A stretch of 64,000 nucleotides of DNA from a virus. Below, piece after piece: positions 9,310 through 18,679 of the stretch. Where the stretch lies: positions 1-64,000 of the IMG/VR virus record IMGVR_UViG_3300042556_001053. The stretch is one strand, 5' to 3'. Position 1 is the stretch's first letter; every line of letters starts with the position of its first letter. The notes beneath the pieces are model-generated. The model had not been told where the DNA came from, made no database searches, and saw only the letters and a program-made list of their open reading frames with translations. The translations under genes and the position numbers were made by a program.

Positions 9310-10315
9310 CTAAAATCTTATTCTTAATAGAATCTTGTAGATCTAGATCCTCACGAACCCTATTGACAAATCCTTCTCTACCCTGCACCTTAGTTCCATC
9401 TGGCAATACATACCATGCTCCAGTGCGTTCTACAATCCCCATCATTTCAGCCGTATCAACAAGATCGCCAATGCTATCAATACCAACATTATCTCCCCTG
9501 AAATAAAAGTCATACTCGCCAGACTGAAAGCCAGGAGAAGTCTTAGAAAATTGTAGTTCCCAACGAATCTTGCGACCAATTTTTTCTTCAATGAGCTTAT
9601 CTCCAACATGAATCTTACCTTTAATCGCTTGATTGTCTGATTCTGATGAAAAAAGTTTAATGACTGTTGAAGAATAAAATTTAGTAGCCTGACCACCAGT
9701 AGGCTGCTGGCTAGTATACATAGCACTAATATTATTACGAGACTGGCTAATAAGTACCAGCATAGTTGGCTTAACTTTATTATTAGCGTAGTTAAGCATT
9801 TTCCAAGCGTTGCTAAAGTCTCTAGACTCTGCGCCAATCTGTTTCGTATTTTCAAGTTGCTTAAGTTCATCTGAGTCCTTTTCAAAATAAATTGCGGGTA
9901 ATAAAGAAGTAATAGAGTCAATAACTATTATATCAACTCCAGCATTCATCAAGTTGGTTCCAACATCAACCATCTCGTTGATTGTGCGACACTGTGAAAC
10001 AATAAGCTTTGATGAGTCAACACCAAGACTTTCTGCCCACTTCTTGTCGTATGACATCTCAGCATCAATCCATGCACAGATCTTTCCTTCTTTCTGTGCT
10101 AGACCTATCATCTGAAGGCACAAAGAAGACTTTGCAGAAGACTTTGAGCCCCATACCAGTACCTGACGACCATATGGAAGTCCACCATTAAGTGCACGGT
10201 TTAAGCCAAAGCTAGGTGTTTCTGCATACTGTGTTGCTGGAATTGTATCTCCAGCCATGACTGTCTTTCTTAGCTTTGGACTAAGCTGAGCTAATACTTC
10301 TTCTACTGTCATCAT
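9302..10315 (-). CDS. recA: RecA recombinase
   Basis: GGLPYGR, CAWIDAE, IIVIDS, TGGQATKFYSS, GAWY..QGRE motifs. Confidence 0.95.
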   Translation of the reverse strand: MMTVEEVLAQLSPKLRKTVMAGDTIPATQYAETPSFGLNRALNGGLPYGRQVLVWGSKSSAKSSLCLQMIGLAQKEGKICAWIDAEMSYDKKWAESLGVDSSKLIVSQCRTINEMVDVGTNLMNAGVDIIVIDSITSLLPAIYFEKDSDELKQLENTKQIGAESRDFSNAWKMLNYANNKVKPTMLVLISQSRNNISAMYTSQQPTGGQATKFYSSTVIKLFSSESDNQAIKGKIHVGDKLIEEKIGRKIRWELQFSKTSPGFQSGEYDFYFRGDNVGIDSIGDLVDTAEMMGIVERTGAWYVLPDGTKVQGREGFVNRVREDLDLQDSIKNKILDV

Positions 10316-10632
10316 CAGAATCTTACCCCGTGCTTCTTTGGTCTATCAGAGTTTTTATCCATCTTTTGTTTGATTGCAGAGTCTAAAGATTTTGTCATAT
10401 ACCCTGCCTTTACCATACCTGCATACAAGTCTAAGGTGCGAATGATAATGTCTGCAAACTCATCTGACATTTGGTCTGGGTCCATTTCTTTTCTCAATGC
10501 TTCCATTGCCTCAACAACCTCAGAGACTATCATCATCATTTGTTTTGTTACAAAGATCTCATCTGCTGGGCGATCCCAAAATCCTTTTGCTACTGCATTT
10601 GCGTGAATTTGTTCTGCTAGATTATCAAACAC
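10315..10632 (-). CDS. MazG-like NTP pyrophosphohydrolase
   Basis: SEVVEAMEA..DEFADIIIR..KMDKNSDR. Confidence 0.85.
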   Translation of the reverse strand: MFDNLAEQIHANAVAKGFWDRPADEIFVTKQMMMIVSEVVEAMEALRKEMDPDQMSDEFADIIIRTLDLYAGMVKAGYMTKSLDSAIKQKMDKNSDRPKKHGVRF

Positions 10633-13600
10633 TTTCTACCTCATTCATTGTAATTGTTCCATCCTTTGTTTTTCCAAAATCAAACTTATATACGCTTCCT
10701 TCTTCAATCTTCATGTAAGCCTTTGCAAACTGCATTGGGAATACAACGATTGAGTGCATCTCTCTTCCTGCATCAGCAACTACTAAAGATGCCATCTTCT
10801 TTCCAGCCTTTGTTACTCTTGGCTTAAATGAAACTACAAAGTGCTCACCTTCTTTATATGGCAACATCTTATAGTTTAAAAACTTTACCAAGGAACTCTT
10901 AGATCCTTTTATCTCGTCAGCAGGTACTGCAGATACAATCCTATTGTCACTTGCAAGAATAAGATAAGTGCGACCAGTCTCAATAGACGTAGACTCTTCA
11001 TCAAATATACCAACACTGCCAGTCTTGTCCAAAACTTCAACTCTTGACCATCCTGTTCCTCGTTTAATTGATTTTACCATACCTAATATTACAAATGATC
11101 CAGTCTCTTCGTACTCTTCAACATCATTGATGTAAGCATAATAATGTTGTGGAATAGATGTATTGAACTCAGGAAGGTTAAGATACTCGTAAAGATTCTC
11201 TTTTACTTCCTGTGGATTTGCTGGATTGTCTGGAAATGTAAGTGCTCCTACACATCTCATTGCCTGTAGTGCACGGCTATTTACTCCGTTACCTTTTGTA
11301 AATGTAAACTCTTCAACATCCTTATATGATGCAAATGGACGACCTGCAATATATCTTTCAGCTATCTTGTCAGATATATACTTAATGCCAGTCAATCCAA
11401 ACCTAATACCCTTGCCCTCAATTTTAAAATCAATATCTGAATCGTTAAGGTGAGGAAGCTTAATAGGGATACCCATACGCTTTGCCTCAATTAGGTATTC
11501 AGTTCTTCCGTCCTTGTCCTTTTCGTTCTTAAGCAACGCAAACATAAACTCAAGAGGATAATGATACTTTAACCATGCTGTCCAGTAAGATAGTGTTGAG
11601 TATGCTACTGCGTGAGACTTATTAAATGAGTACCCTGCGTGAGCCTCAAAGTCATGCCATAGATCTAACGCATCATTTGGCGAAAGGTATTGCGAAGCAC
11701 CCTTAACAAATTGATCTTTAAAAACATCAAACTCTTTAGCATCTTTTTTCTTTCCAATGATCTTTCTAACTTTATCTGCTTCCGACATGGACATACCGCC
11801 AAGCTGTACGCATGCTTGCATAACTTGTTCCTGGTAAAGAATACAGCCATAAGTTTCCTCCGTAAATGATTTCATAACTTGATGCTTATAATCAATGTTC
11901 TCACGACCATGTTTACGAGCAATATAAGACTTACCAATAGTATTCATAGCACCAGGACGAACTAAAGCATTTGATGCTGCAAGTTCAGCAAGGTTTTTTA
12001 CACGCATCTTAACTAGAAGGTTTGTGTATGGTGCTGCTTCACACTGGAATACACCCTTAGTGTATCCGTCAGATAGCATGTTATAAACGTTTGCATCATC
12101 CATATCAATCTTTAATAAATCAATCTTTGTTCCTTCACGCTCTTTGATAATATCAATACAGTCTTTAAGTACGCTTAAGGTCTTTAGACCAAGAGCATCA
12201 ATCTTAATCAAACCAATGTTTTCTGCTTCACCCATATCAACTGCCACCACTGGGATTCTTTCATCTTGCCCAGTTACTGATCTTGTCTCTAATGGTGCGT
12301 ACCTAAATATTGGATCTTTGCTTGTTACAACTCCTGCTGCGTGAATTCCAGTACCACGAATTCTGCCACGAAGCTGGTCTCCGTAACGCTCTACCTCTGG
12401 ATACTTTTCTCTAAACCAATATGTATTCTTTGATGTGCAGAAATCATCCCATGTGTCAACAACCTTGAGTACCTTATTAACATCTGGCAAAGGAATGTTT
12501 AAGCATCTTGCAACGTCTCTTACAACACCCTTGTCTTTAAACTGTAAGAATGTGGCAATAGATGCAACGTGTCTGTATTGTCTAACCAGGTAATCTTTTA
12601 CTTCATCACGACGAGTATCTTGAATATCTGAATCAATATCAGGAAAATCGTTGCGGTCTGGATTAATAAAACGGAAGAAAAGAAGTCCATGCTTTATTGG
12701 GTCAATGTCTGTGATACCAAGAGCATAACATAGTAGTGAACCTGCTGCAGATCCACGACCAGGACCAACCATAATCCCTTCACTCTTTGCCCAGTTAAGC
12801 ATGTTACGAACAACTAGAAAGTATGGACCAAAGTTTTTCTCACCAATAATTTCTAACTCTTCATCAAGACGTGTAAGGTATTCTTCATTCTTGTCTAACT
12901 TTCTTTCCTTAAGACCTTCAAGTGCAAGCTTCTTAAGCTCGTCCATAGGCTTCTTATACTGCACTGGAAGAAGATCTAAATGTTCTTTAATGTCGTATCC
13001 TTCAACCTTATCAGCAATCTCATTGGTTGACACAAACATGTCTTCACGATCAATGCCCTGCTTAAGCATTGCATCCTTCATCTCATCATATGAAAGAAGA
13101 TGGATATCAAATTTATTAAAACTCATCATGCGATCAGCACCATAAAGGTAGTCAAGACGATCCATGAATGAATCATGCTTCTTTGACTTATCGTAAGTTA
13201 CATCCTTCTGCAATTTAGCATGAGTATTAAGAAGAAGCATTAGCTCTTGAACTTCTTTTTGACTTGTGTCAGAGTGATGACAGTCTGGTGTTACAACAAT
13301 CTTTACCTTTGCTGCATCAGCAAGTTCAATAATTCCTTTATTAACTTCTGGTGGGTTGTGTGGCATTACCTCAATGTAGTAATCATCACCAAATTCTTTT
13401 TTAAACCACTGTATGTGTTTCTTTGCTGTTGCAAGCTCACCTAACTCAACAGCTTTTGCTATCCAACCACTAAGACATGCAGAGGTTACGATAATACCTT
13501 CTTTATACTTTGCCAATGTTTCAAAATCAAATCTTGGCTTACTAAAGAAACCATCTGTCCATGCAATTTCATTAATCTTGTTAAGGTTTTCCAAACCTTG

Positions 13601-13900
13601 TTGGTTCTTAGCGAGAAGGACTATATGATGATAGTTTTGGTCAAGAGGGTCAAGGCGGTCCGCCTTTGCTCTCTTATCTGCCATACTTGTCGTCATATAG
13701 CCTTCTACACCAAGTATTGGCTTAATTCCATTTGCTTTTGCAATACGGTGCAGTTCCCTATGCCCAGATAAAGTACCGTGGTCAGTGATAGCAATTGCTT
13801 GCATCCCTAACTCAACTGCACGGTTCACGTATTCTTCTGGAGTAGCAACACCATCCATTAAGGAGTAGTGTGTATGGACATGTAAGCCAACGTAGTTCAT
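10625..13900 (-). CDS. dnaE: DNA polymerase III alpha subunit
   Basis: PHP motifs HVHTHYS and TDHG; GPGRGSAAGS; PDIDSD; YSFNKSHA. Confidence 0.97.
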   Translation of the reverse strand: MNYVGLHVHTHYSLMDGVATPEEYVNRAVELGMQAIAITDHGTLSGHRELHRIAKANGIKPILGVEGYMTTSMADKRAKADRLDPLDQNYHHIVLLAKNQQGLENLNKINEIAWTDGFFSKPRFDFETLAKYKEGIIVTSACLSGWIAKAVELGELATAKKHIQWFKKEFGDDYYIEVMPHNPPEVNKGIIELADAAKVKIVVTPDCHHSDTSQKEVQELMLLLNTHAKLQKDVTYDKSKKHDSFMDRLDYLYGADRMMSFNKFDIHLLSYDEMKDAMLKQGIDREDMFVSTNEIADKVEGYDIKEHLDLLPVQYKKPMDELKKLALEGLKERKLDKNEEYLTRLDEELEIIGEKNFGPYFLVVRNMLNWAKSEGIMVGPGRGSAAGSLLCYALGITDIDPIKHGLLFFRFINPDRNDFPDIDSDIQDTRRDEVKDYLVRQYRHVASIATFLQFKDKGVVRDVARCLNIPLPDVNKVLKVVDTWDDFCTSKNTYWFREKYPEVERYGDQLRGRIRGTGIHAAGVVTSKDPIFRYAPLETRSVTGQDERIPVVAVDMGEAENIGLIKIDALGLKTLSVLKDCIDIIKEREGTKIDLLKIDMDDANVYNMLSDGYTKGVFQCEAAPYTNLLVKMRVKNLAELAASNALVRPGAMNTIGKSYIARKHGRENIDYKHQVMKSFTEETYGCILYQEQVMQACVQLGGMSMSEADKVRKIIGKKKDAKEFDVFKDQFVKGASQYLSPNDALDLWHDFEAHAGYSFNKSHAVAYSTLSYWTAWLKYHYPLEFMFALLKNEKDKDGRTEYLIEAKRMGIPIKLPHLNDSDIDFKIEGKGIRFGLTGIKYISDKIAERYIAGRPFASYKDVEEFTFTKGNGVNSRALQAMRCVGALTFPDNPANPQEVKENLYEYLNLPEFNTSIPQHYYAYINDVEEYEETGSFVILGMVKSIKRGTGWSRVEVLDKTGSVGIFDEESTSIETGRTYLILASDNRIVSAVPADEIKGSKSSLVKFLNYKMLPYKEGEHFVVSFKPRVTKAGKKMASLVVADAGREMHSIVVFPMQFAKAYMKIEEGSVYKFDFGKTKDGTITMNEVESV

Positions 13901-13903
13901 CTA

Positions 13904-14560
13904 TTACCAGTCAATGTTTGCTGATGATGAAGATGAAGGAGTATCAAAGCCTAGGTAAAAGGCTTCTTGTTCCGCATACGGAACCTTATTGAGAGCCTTC
14001 TCCAATGGATAAGGTTCAATTCCTGCCCAATCAAATGGTGCAGAATCTGGGCCACTTGGAATAAGTGTATAGCTTGTCTCAGTACCCTGACCGTTACGCT
14101 TTACCTTCCAAGTAAGATTTGAGATGCTACCTGTTTCAAGTGCATATTCACGAATAGTATTAAATGCTGATTGCTTGCTTACTCCCATGTTCCAGATAGC
14201 AACATATGGAGCCTCAATGCCATCATCTACAAGAACGTTGCAATAGAAACGAAGACGTGCACGCCATCCAGCCTTTGGATCCTTGCGATGCATCTCTTCT
14301 GCCCAGTCACGTCCTTCTGATTCCATTGTATCTACAGCCTTGCGCTTGTAGTCCTTTGGGTTTGTGTGCTCTGATACAACTAGAGCCAATCCACGATCTA
14401 CGTTATAGTTTGCTGAATCTTCATCAAGCTCTTCAATAAAGCGAATCTTTACTGCTTGACCGTCAGCGATCTTAAACCAACGAACCTTTGCACCTGTGCC
14501 TTCAAACTTTGGCTTATCTACTAATGCGTTAATGTTTTTTAGTCCTTTTACAATTGCCAT
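13904..14560 (-). CDS. Single-stranded DNA-binding protein (gp32-like)
   Basis: Position in replication module, KRNGQGTETSY motif, acidic/aromatic C-terminus (NIDW). Confidence 0.75.
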   Translation of the reverse strand: MAIVKGLKNINALVDKPKFEGTGAKVRWFKIADGQAVKIRFIEELDEDSANYNVDRGLALVVSEHTNPKDYKRKAVDTMESEGRDWAEEMHRKDPKAGWRARLRFYCNVLVDDGIEAPYVAIWNMGVSKQSAFNTIREYALETGSISNLTWKVKRNGQGTETSYTLIPSGPDSAPFDWAGIEPYPLEKALNKVPYAEQEAFYLGFDTPSSSSSANIDW

Positions 14561-14590
14561 TTTTTTATTTCTCCTTGTTTATTGTTTTTT

Positions 14591-15517
14591 CTATTTTAGC
14601 ATAGACATGATAGAGTTGTCAAACTGGAACTCCAGCTTTTTGATCTCATCATCATCCATGTCTCCTATGTCTTTATATTTTTTGTCTAGGTTAATAACAG
14701 TTACAAGATGACCTAGTTTTTCAACTAACTTATCTTTCATAATGCTACCAGCCTCGTCGTTGTCTGCAATAAGTACAACATTATTGAAGTACTTCTCTAA
14801 TAGTCTGATTTGAGATACAGACACATTAGCACCCAGCGTTGCAACTGCTGGAAAACCTACTTGGTCTAAGCGGATAGCATCAAATGATGATTCCACTACA
14901 TAAACTATACTAGAGCTTTTGACTCTATGCAAGTTAAACATTACCTTACTCTTTGGAAGTCCTGGTGTATTTTTAAATTCTTTGCCTTCAATAGTTCTAG
15001 CAACAAATCCAAGACACATTCCATCAGGTGAATGGATGGGTATTGTTACAGATCCTTGCTTTTCTGAATACCCTAAGTCAAACTTAATGACAGAATCTTT
15101 AGTTACTCTGCGACTATTAAAATAGTTCATTGCTCTTGGTGCATCAAGTGCTTGTTTGTTTAATCTCTTTATGAGTAGTTCATCATACTGTACAAAATCA
15201 GGTGGGGCATATAGTGCTTTATCTACTATGGTTTGTATATCAGACTGCTGCTCTTTGCCTTTAATATACCTTACCGTTTCAAAATACGATCTGTTAGAAG
15301 TAAACATAATCAGCTCAACAAGATTCTTTGTTACCTGACATCCAAAACAAAAGAATAGCCCACTGTCTTTTGCTACTTCTCCAGCAGGTGTTCTAGTGTT
15401 GTTGTGGTATGGGCAATAAATAATAAAGTCATTACCAAACTCAGCTTCAATATCTAGGCCTGCACCATTTAGAACACGACGAATCTGTTCTTCTGTATAA
15501 ATCTCTTTACTTACCAT
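14591..15517 (-). CDS. dnaG: DNA primase
   Basis: CPYH..CFGC zinc finger; TOPRIM VVESSFD and ADND; start MVSK at 15517. Confidence 0.92.
   Translation of the reverse strand: MVSKEIYTEEQIRRVLNGAGLDIEAEFGNDFIIYCPYHNNTRTPAGEVAKDSGLFFCFGCQVTKNLVELIMFTSNRSYFETVRYIKGKEQQSDIQTIVDKALYAPPDFVQYDELLIKRLNKQALDAPRAMNYFNSRRVTKDSVIKFDLGYSEKQGSVTIPIHSPDGMCLGFVARTIEGKEFKNTPGLPKSKVMFNLHRVKSSSIVYVVESSFDAIRLDQVGFPAVATLGANVSVSQIRLLEKYFNNVVLIADNDEAGSIMKDKLVEKLGHLVTVINLDKKYKDIGDMDDDEIKKLEFQFDNSIMSMLK
14593..14601 (-). promoter_or_regulatory. Extended -10 promoter TGCTAAAAT
   Basis: Overlaps the primase 3' end, upstream of the SSB SD. Confidence 0.55.
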
Positions 15518-16730
15518 CTTCAAAGTCCTTGTAACGATAGTAGCCCTTATCAAAGTCACACTGTACTAGGAAGTCTCCCATAAAACCATTACGGTTCTTT
15601 CTAAAGGCACACTCAATAATATCGCTATTGCTAGCACGACCTAGAGCCATAACCCAGTCAGCATCATAAGCAATCTGTCTTGACCAAGCTGTCTGTGCAA
15701 GAGTAGGAACAGTAGACATGTCCTTTACATCATCAGGTGTAGCAGATGAGATAGCGATGATAGGAACTTCTTCACTTATAGCCATAAGCTTTAATTCACG
15801 AGATAGATTCTTCATCTTTACCGTTTCGTTATCAGCTTTTTGGTTTGGGCTCATCAACTGAAGATAATCAACCACAACAAAGTCTGGCTTATACTGATCT
15901 AGCTTTCCACGAATAACAGATGGAGTTACTTCTCCGCCAGAGTCGTTAGAAATAATATGGAAAGGTGGGCGACCATCAATCTTGTCTGTATGCCATTTCT
16001 TTAGCATGTCAAGCTCTATTTCACCATTGGACATCTTACGGTGAGACCAAAGTCCTTCACCCATAATTGTAAATACACGATTACGAACTTCTGTTTCACT
16101 CATCTCAAGGGAGATAATAAGTGGTGTCTTACCCTGTTTCCAGGCCTGTACAGCGAAGTACAGAGCCATCCATGACTTTCCTATACCAGGGTAAGCTAAA
16201 AAGACTCCTAGCTGTCCAGGCATAATTCCAGAAGGTAGGTAGTTATCAAATCCTGGAAGCCCAGTCTTAATACCACGAACTCCAAGTGCTTGCTGCTCTT
16301 TAACATTTTCAAAATATGCAATAGCAGAATCAATATCTGTTGCATCAATGTCACGAATAGAAGATGTGTTTTTCTTTAGTGTTGATGTCTTAGTAATTAG
16401 ATCTTCAAGTGCTTGTACACCTTGTCCACCTTGGACTTCTGTTGCAGCAGATCGTAAAATATCTTTTAGGCTATCATTTAAGTACTCAGACTGTAACTCT
16501 TCTAGATGATGCTTTGTTGCACCAACATCTTTAAGAATCTCAAAATCTCTAAACTTTTCTACAACTAAGGATGATGGTGGAACTGTTCCATTATTTTCAG
16601 CATATAGGCGAATAAAGTTCCATACATCGTTATGTGTTCTAAGTAATGTCTCTACGTTAGCTTGCAGCAGTACATGAAGTTGCTTATCTTGTAATACCGC
16701 TGAAATTACTTTAGCTTCCGTATTATTCAC
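15507..16730 (-). CDS. dnaB: DnaB-like replicative helicase
   Basis: AYPGIGKS, SLEMS, VVDYLQL, KNRNG. Confidence 0.93.
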   Translation of the reverse strand: MNNTEAKVISAVLQDKQLHVLLQANVETLLRTHNDVWNFIRLYAENNGTVPPSSLVVEKFRDFEILKDVGATKHHLEELQSEYLNDSLKDILRSAATEVQGGQGVQALEDLITKTSTLKKNTSSIRDIDATDIDSAIAYFENVKEQQALGVRGIKTGLPGFDNYLPSGIMPGQLGVFLAYPGIGKSWMALYFAVQAWKQGKTPLIISLEMSETEVRNRVFTIMGEGLWSHRKMSNGEIELDMLKKWHTDKIDGRPPFHIISNDSGGEVTPSVIRGKLDQYKPDFVVVDYLQLMSPNQKADNETVKMKNLSRELKLMAISEEVPIIAISSATPDDVKDMSTVPTLAQTAWSRQIAYDADWVMALGRASNSDIIECAFRKNRNGFMGDFLVQCDFDKGYYRYKDFEDGK

Positions 16731-17031
16731 TTAGCCACTCCTTTGCTTTAGCCCTGCGCTCTTGTCTTTCTTTTAGATCTTGCTCTACATCTAGTTTACC
16801 ATTAAGAATCTTTTCTGCGTTATATGCAAAATAGTTCCAGCTTGCTTCCTGTGCAACAGAAAAGTAATAGTCTAATAAGTCATAGCATTGTGACATTCCA
16901 TATGACTCAATGAGTCCGTCTGCTGCCCACTGCTCAACATTTAAATTTAAAGATGGCTTTTGCTCGTACTTTGCTGTATGCAATTTTGAGTATCTACTAA
17001 GCAAAGCCATACGGTCTTTGCGTTCAGCCAT
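16723..17031 (-). CDS. Hypothetical protein
   Basis: Tightly packed ORF. Confidence 0.7.
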   Translation of the reverse strand: MAERKDRMALLSRYSKLHTAKYEQKPSLNLNVEQWAADGLIESYGMSQCYDLLDYYFSVAQEASWNYFAYNAEKILNGKLDVEQDLKERQERRAKAKEWLSE

Positions 17032-17258
17032 TACTCGTTGATTTCAGACTTTGCTTCGTTAATCTTTTCAGTTAGCTTGTCTTCTACAAACTTGTACACA
17101 CGCTCAAAAGCTTCGTTTGTAGTTTCTCCATCACGCTTGCTATCTACAACTCCTAGATCAAGTCTTAGTGACTGAAAGTTACCAAGATTAAGCGTATACC
17201 CTAATGTTACATTTACCTTTGTTGGTTCATTTGTTACTACGTAATTGCTATTTTCCAT
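17031..17258 (-). CDS. Hypothetical protein
   Basis: TLGYTLNLGNFQSLRLD; likely start MENS at 17258. Confidence 0.7.
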   Translation of the reverse strand: MENSNYVVTNEPTKVNVTLGYTLNLGNFQSLRLDLGVVDSKRDGETTNEAFERVYKFVEDKLTEKINEAKSEINE

Positions 17259-17277
17259 TACCCCACCCATTTCTAAA

Positions 17278-17820
17278 TTATATAGACTCATTCCACACTG
17301 GAATAAATCGTCCATCTTCTGTTCTCGTATATGTAAGTATACCGTCTCCCATTCGCCGTGTCAACTCTTGGCTTGTAGGAGTCATGTTGTTCGTTATTAA
17401 TTTGTCTTTTCTTGGTTGTCCAATATGTATACTTGCAAGTATAGCACGGATCTCCCTAACATGCGATTCTGAATAATAAGCCCTGACCTTAAAAGATCTT
17501 TCTCCATTAAGTGATGCTCCTATTGGTGGAGGAATCACTCCTCGTTTAATTAAACTTGGAATATATTTTCTATGTCTGTTGACAAGTTTAGCAGTCTCTG
17601 CTACACTATATGCTCTTTCACGATTCTTTTTAAAATCAGAAAGCAGACAAGTTTCTAAACGATCTTTAGTTATATTATAAAACGTGACCATTCCAGTAGA
17701 ACGTGAGCTATGGTAAACCTTTACAAGATCACCATTAATAAACCATACTTTAACTTTGCCTTTTATTACAGGTTCGTTATTGTATGCTTGGCTCTGGATT
17801 TTTCCTTTTGAAGTATCCAT
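17278..17820 (-). CDS. MerR/excisionase-like HTH DNA-binding protein
   Basis: YSVAETAKLVNRH..LIKRGVIP..RAYYSE winged-HTH pattern. Confidence 0.65.
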   Translation of the reverse strand: MDTSKGKIQSQAYNNEPVIKGKVKVWFINGDLVKVYHSSRSTGMVTFYNITKDRLETCLLSDFKKNRERAYSVAETAKLVNRHRKYIPSLIKRGVIPPPIGASLNGERSFKVRAYYSESHVREIRAILASIHIGQPRKDKLITNNMTPTSQELTRRMGDGILTYTRTEDGRFIPVWNESI

Positions 17821-17960
17821 TGTCCCTCTTTTGTTGCAGAAGGTGGATGATAGAATTTTCTATTTCCACATGTTATGCAGGCTGTCTCTATATGTTCAGC
17901 AGTAGTATACTGCCTATCTACAAAGACACGCCCATCGCATCTATTACATTTTAACATCAA
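17766..17960 (-). CDS. Small zinc-ribbon protein
   Basis: CNRC..CITCG. Confidence 0.7.
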   Translation of the reverse strand: MMLKCNRCDGRVFVDRQYTTAEHIETACITCGNRKFYHPPSATKEGQWILQKEKSRAKHTITNL

Positions 17961-17965
17961 GTACT

Positions 17966-18151
17966 CTACTTAGAAATTTTTTCTTTAAGGGTTTTAGAAT
18001 ATTCTTCTTGAGCCTTTTCTTTTTCTTCTTTTTCTTGTATTGACTGAGTAATGTCAGCTCTCAGTATTGCAATTTGTGTTTCATAATTTGATACAAGCTC
18101 ACCAATTCGTTGTTGTAATGCCATGATTACAAGTTCTGCTTTGTTTTCCAT
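17966..18151 (-). CDS. Small coiled-coil protein
   Basis: ORF with SD; heptad pattern. Confidence 0.7.
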   Translation of the reverse strand: MENKAELVIMALQQRIGELVSNYETQIAILRADITQSIQEKEEKEKAQEEYSKTLKEKISK

Positions 18152-18170
18152 TGTTCCACCCTTTTCTTAT

Positions 18171-18386
18171 TTATGATAAAGAATCTAGTTCAGACTGTAA
18201 TACTTGTTTTTGTGCAAGGATATCCGCTATCTGATTTGTTAATGTTGTTATGTTATTTTGATTAGGGGCTGAAATTGCCTGCTCTTCAGCCAATGACAAT
18301 TGTGCATTATATTCTGAATAAGCAATAGTTTTCATGTGTTGCTCTACAATTGTAATCTTTTCCTCTGCTGTTAATTCTATAGTCAT
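18171..18386 (-). CDS. Small helical protein, paralog of 18391..18606
   Basis: LTAEEKITIVEQHMK..YNAQLSLAEE. Confidence 0.7.
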   Translation of the reverse strand: MTIELTAEEKITIVEQHMKTIAYSEYNAQLSLAEEQAISAPNQNNITTLTNQIADILAQKQVLQSELDSLS

Positions 18387-18390
18387 AATA

Positions 18391-18606
18391 TTACTCTACC
18401 TTTGCTAATTCTGCTAAAAGAGCATCAATTTTTATATTGATTTGATCTAACTGCAACTGAAGATCATCAACTGTTTCTGCTTTTGGTTCTGGTACCGCTA
18501 GTTCTTCAACAAGATTAATTTCATAATGAAACTTAGAAGATTCTAGGTTTTTTAGTCGCTGATTTATAATATCAGCTTTTTCTTGATTTGTTAAAGTGTA
18601 TACCAT
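18391..18606 (-). CDS. Small helical protein, paralog of 18171..18386
   Basis: LTNQEKADIINQRLK..FHYEINLVEE; AGGAG SD. Confidence 0.7.
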   Translation of the reverse strand: MVYTLTNQEKADIINQRLKNLESSKFHYEINLVEELAVPEPKAETVDDLQLQLDQINIKIDALLAELAKVE

Positions 18607-18634
18607 TATTGCTCCTTATGCATAGTATATATTA

Positions 18635-18643
18635 AGTATATCA
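18635..18643 (-). promoter_or_regulatory. Extended -10 promoter TGATATACT
   Basis: In the gap after the fibre gene. Confidence 0.65.
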
Positions 18644-18679
18644 TACTGATTCACCGTATAGCTATCTATATGGTAATCA

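Noticed and set aside
3537-16730. Inteins or introns in TerL, RecA, DnaE, DnaB
   Set aside because: Proteins are normal length and continuous, with no splicing or homing-endonuclease motifs
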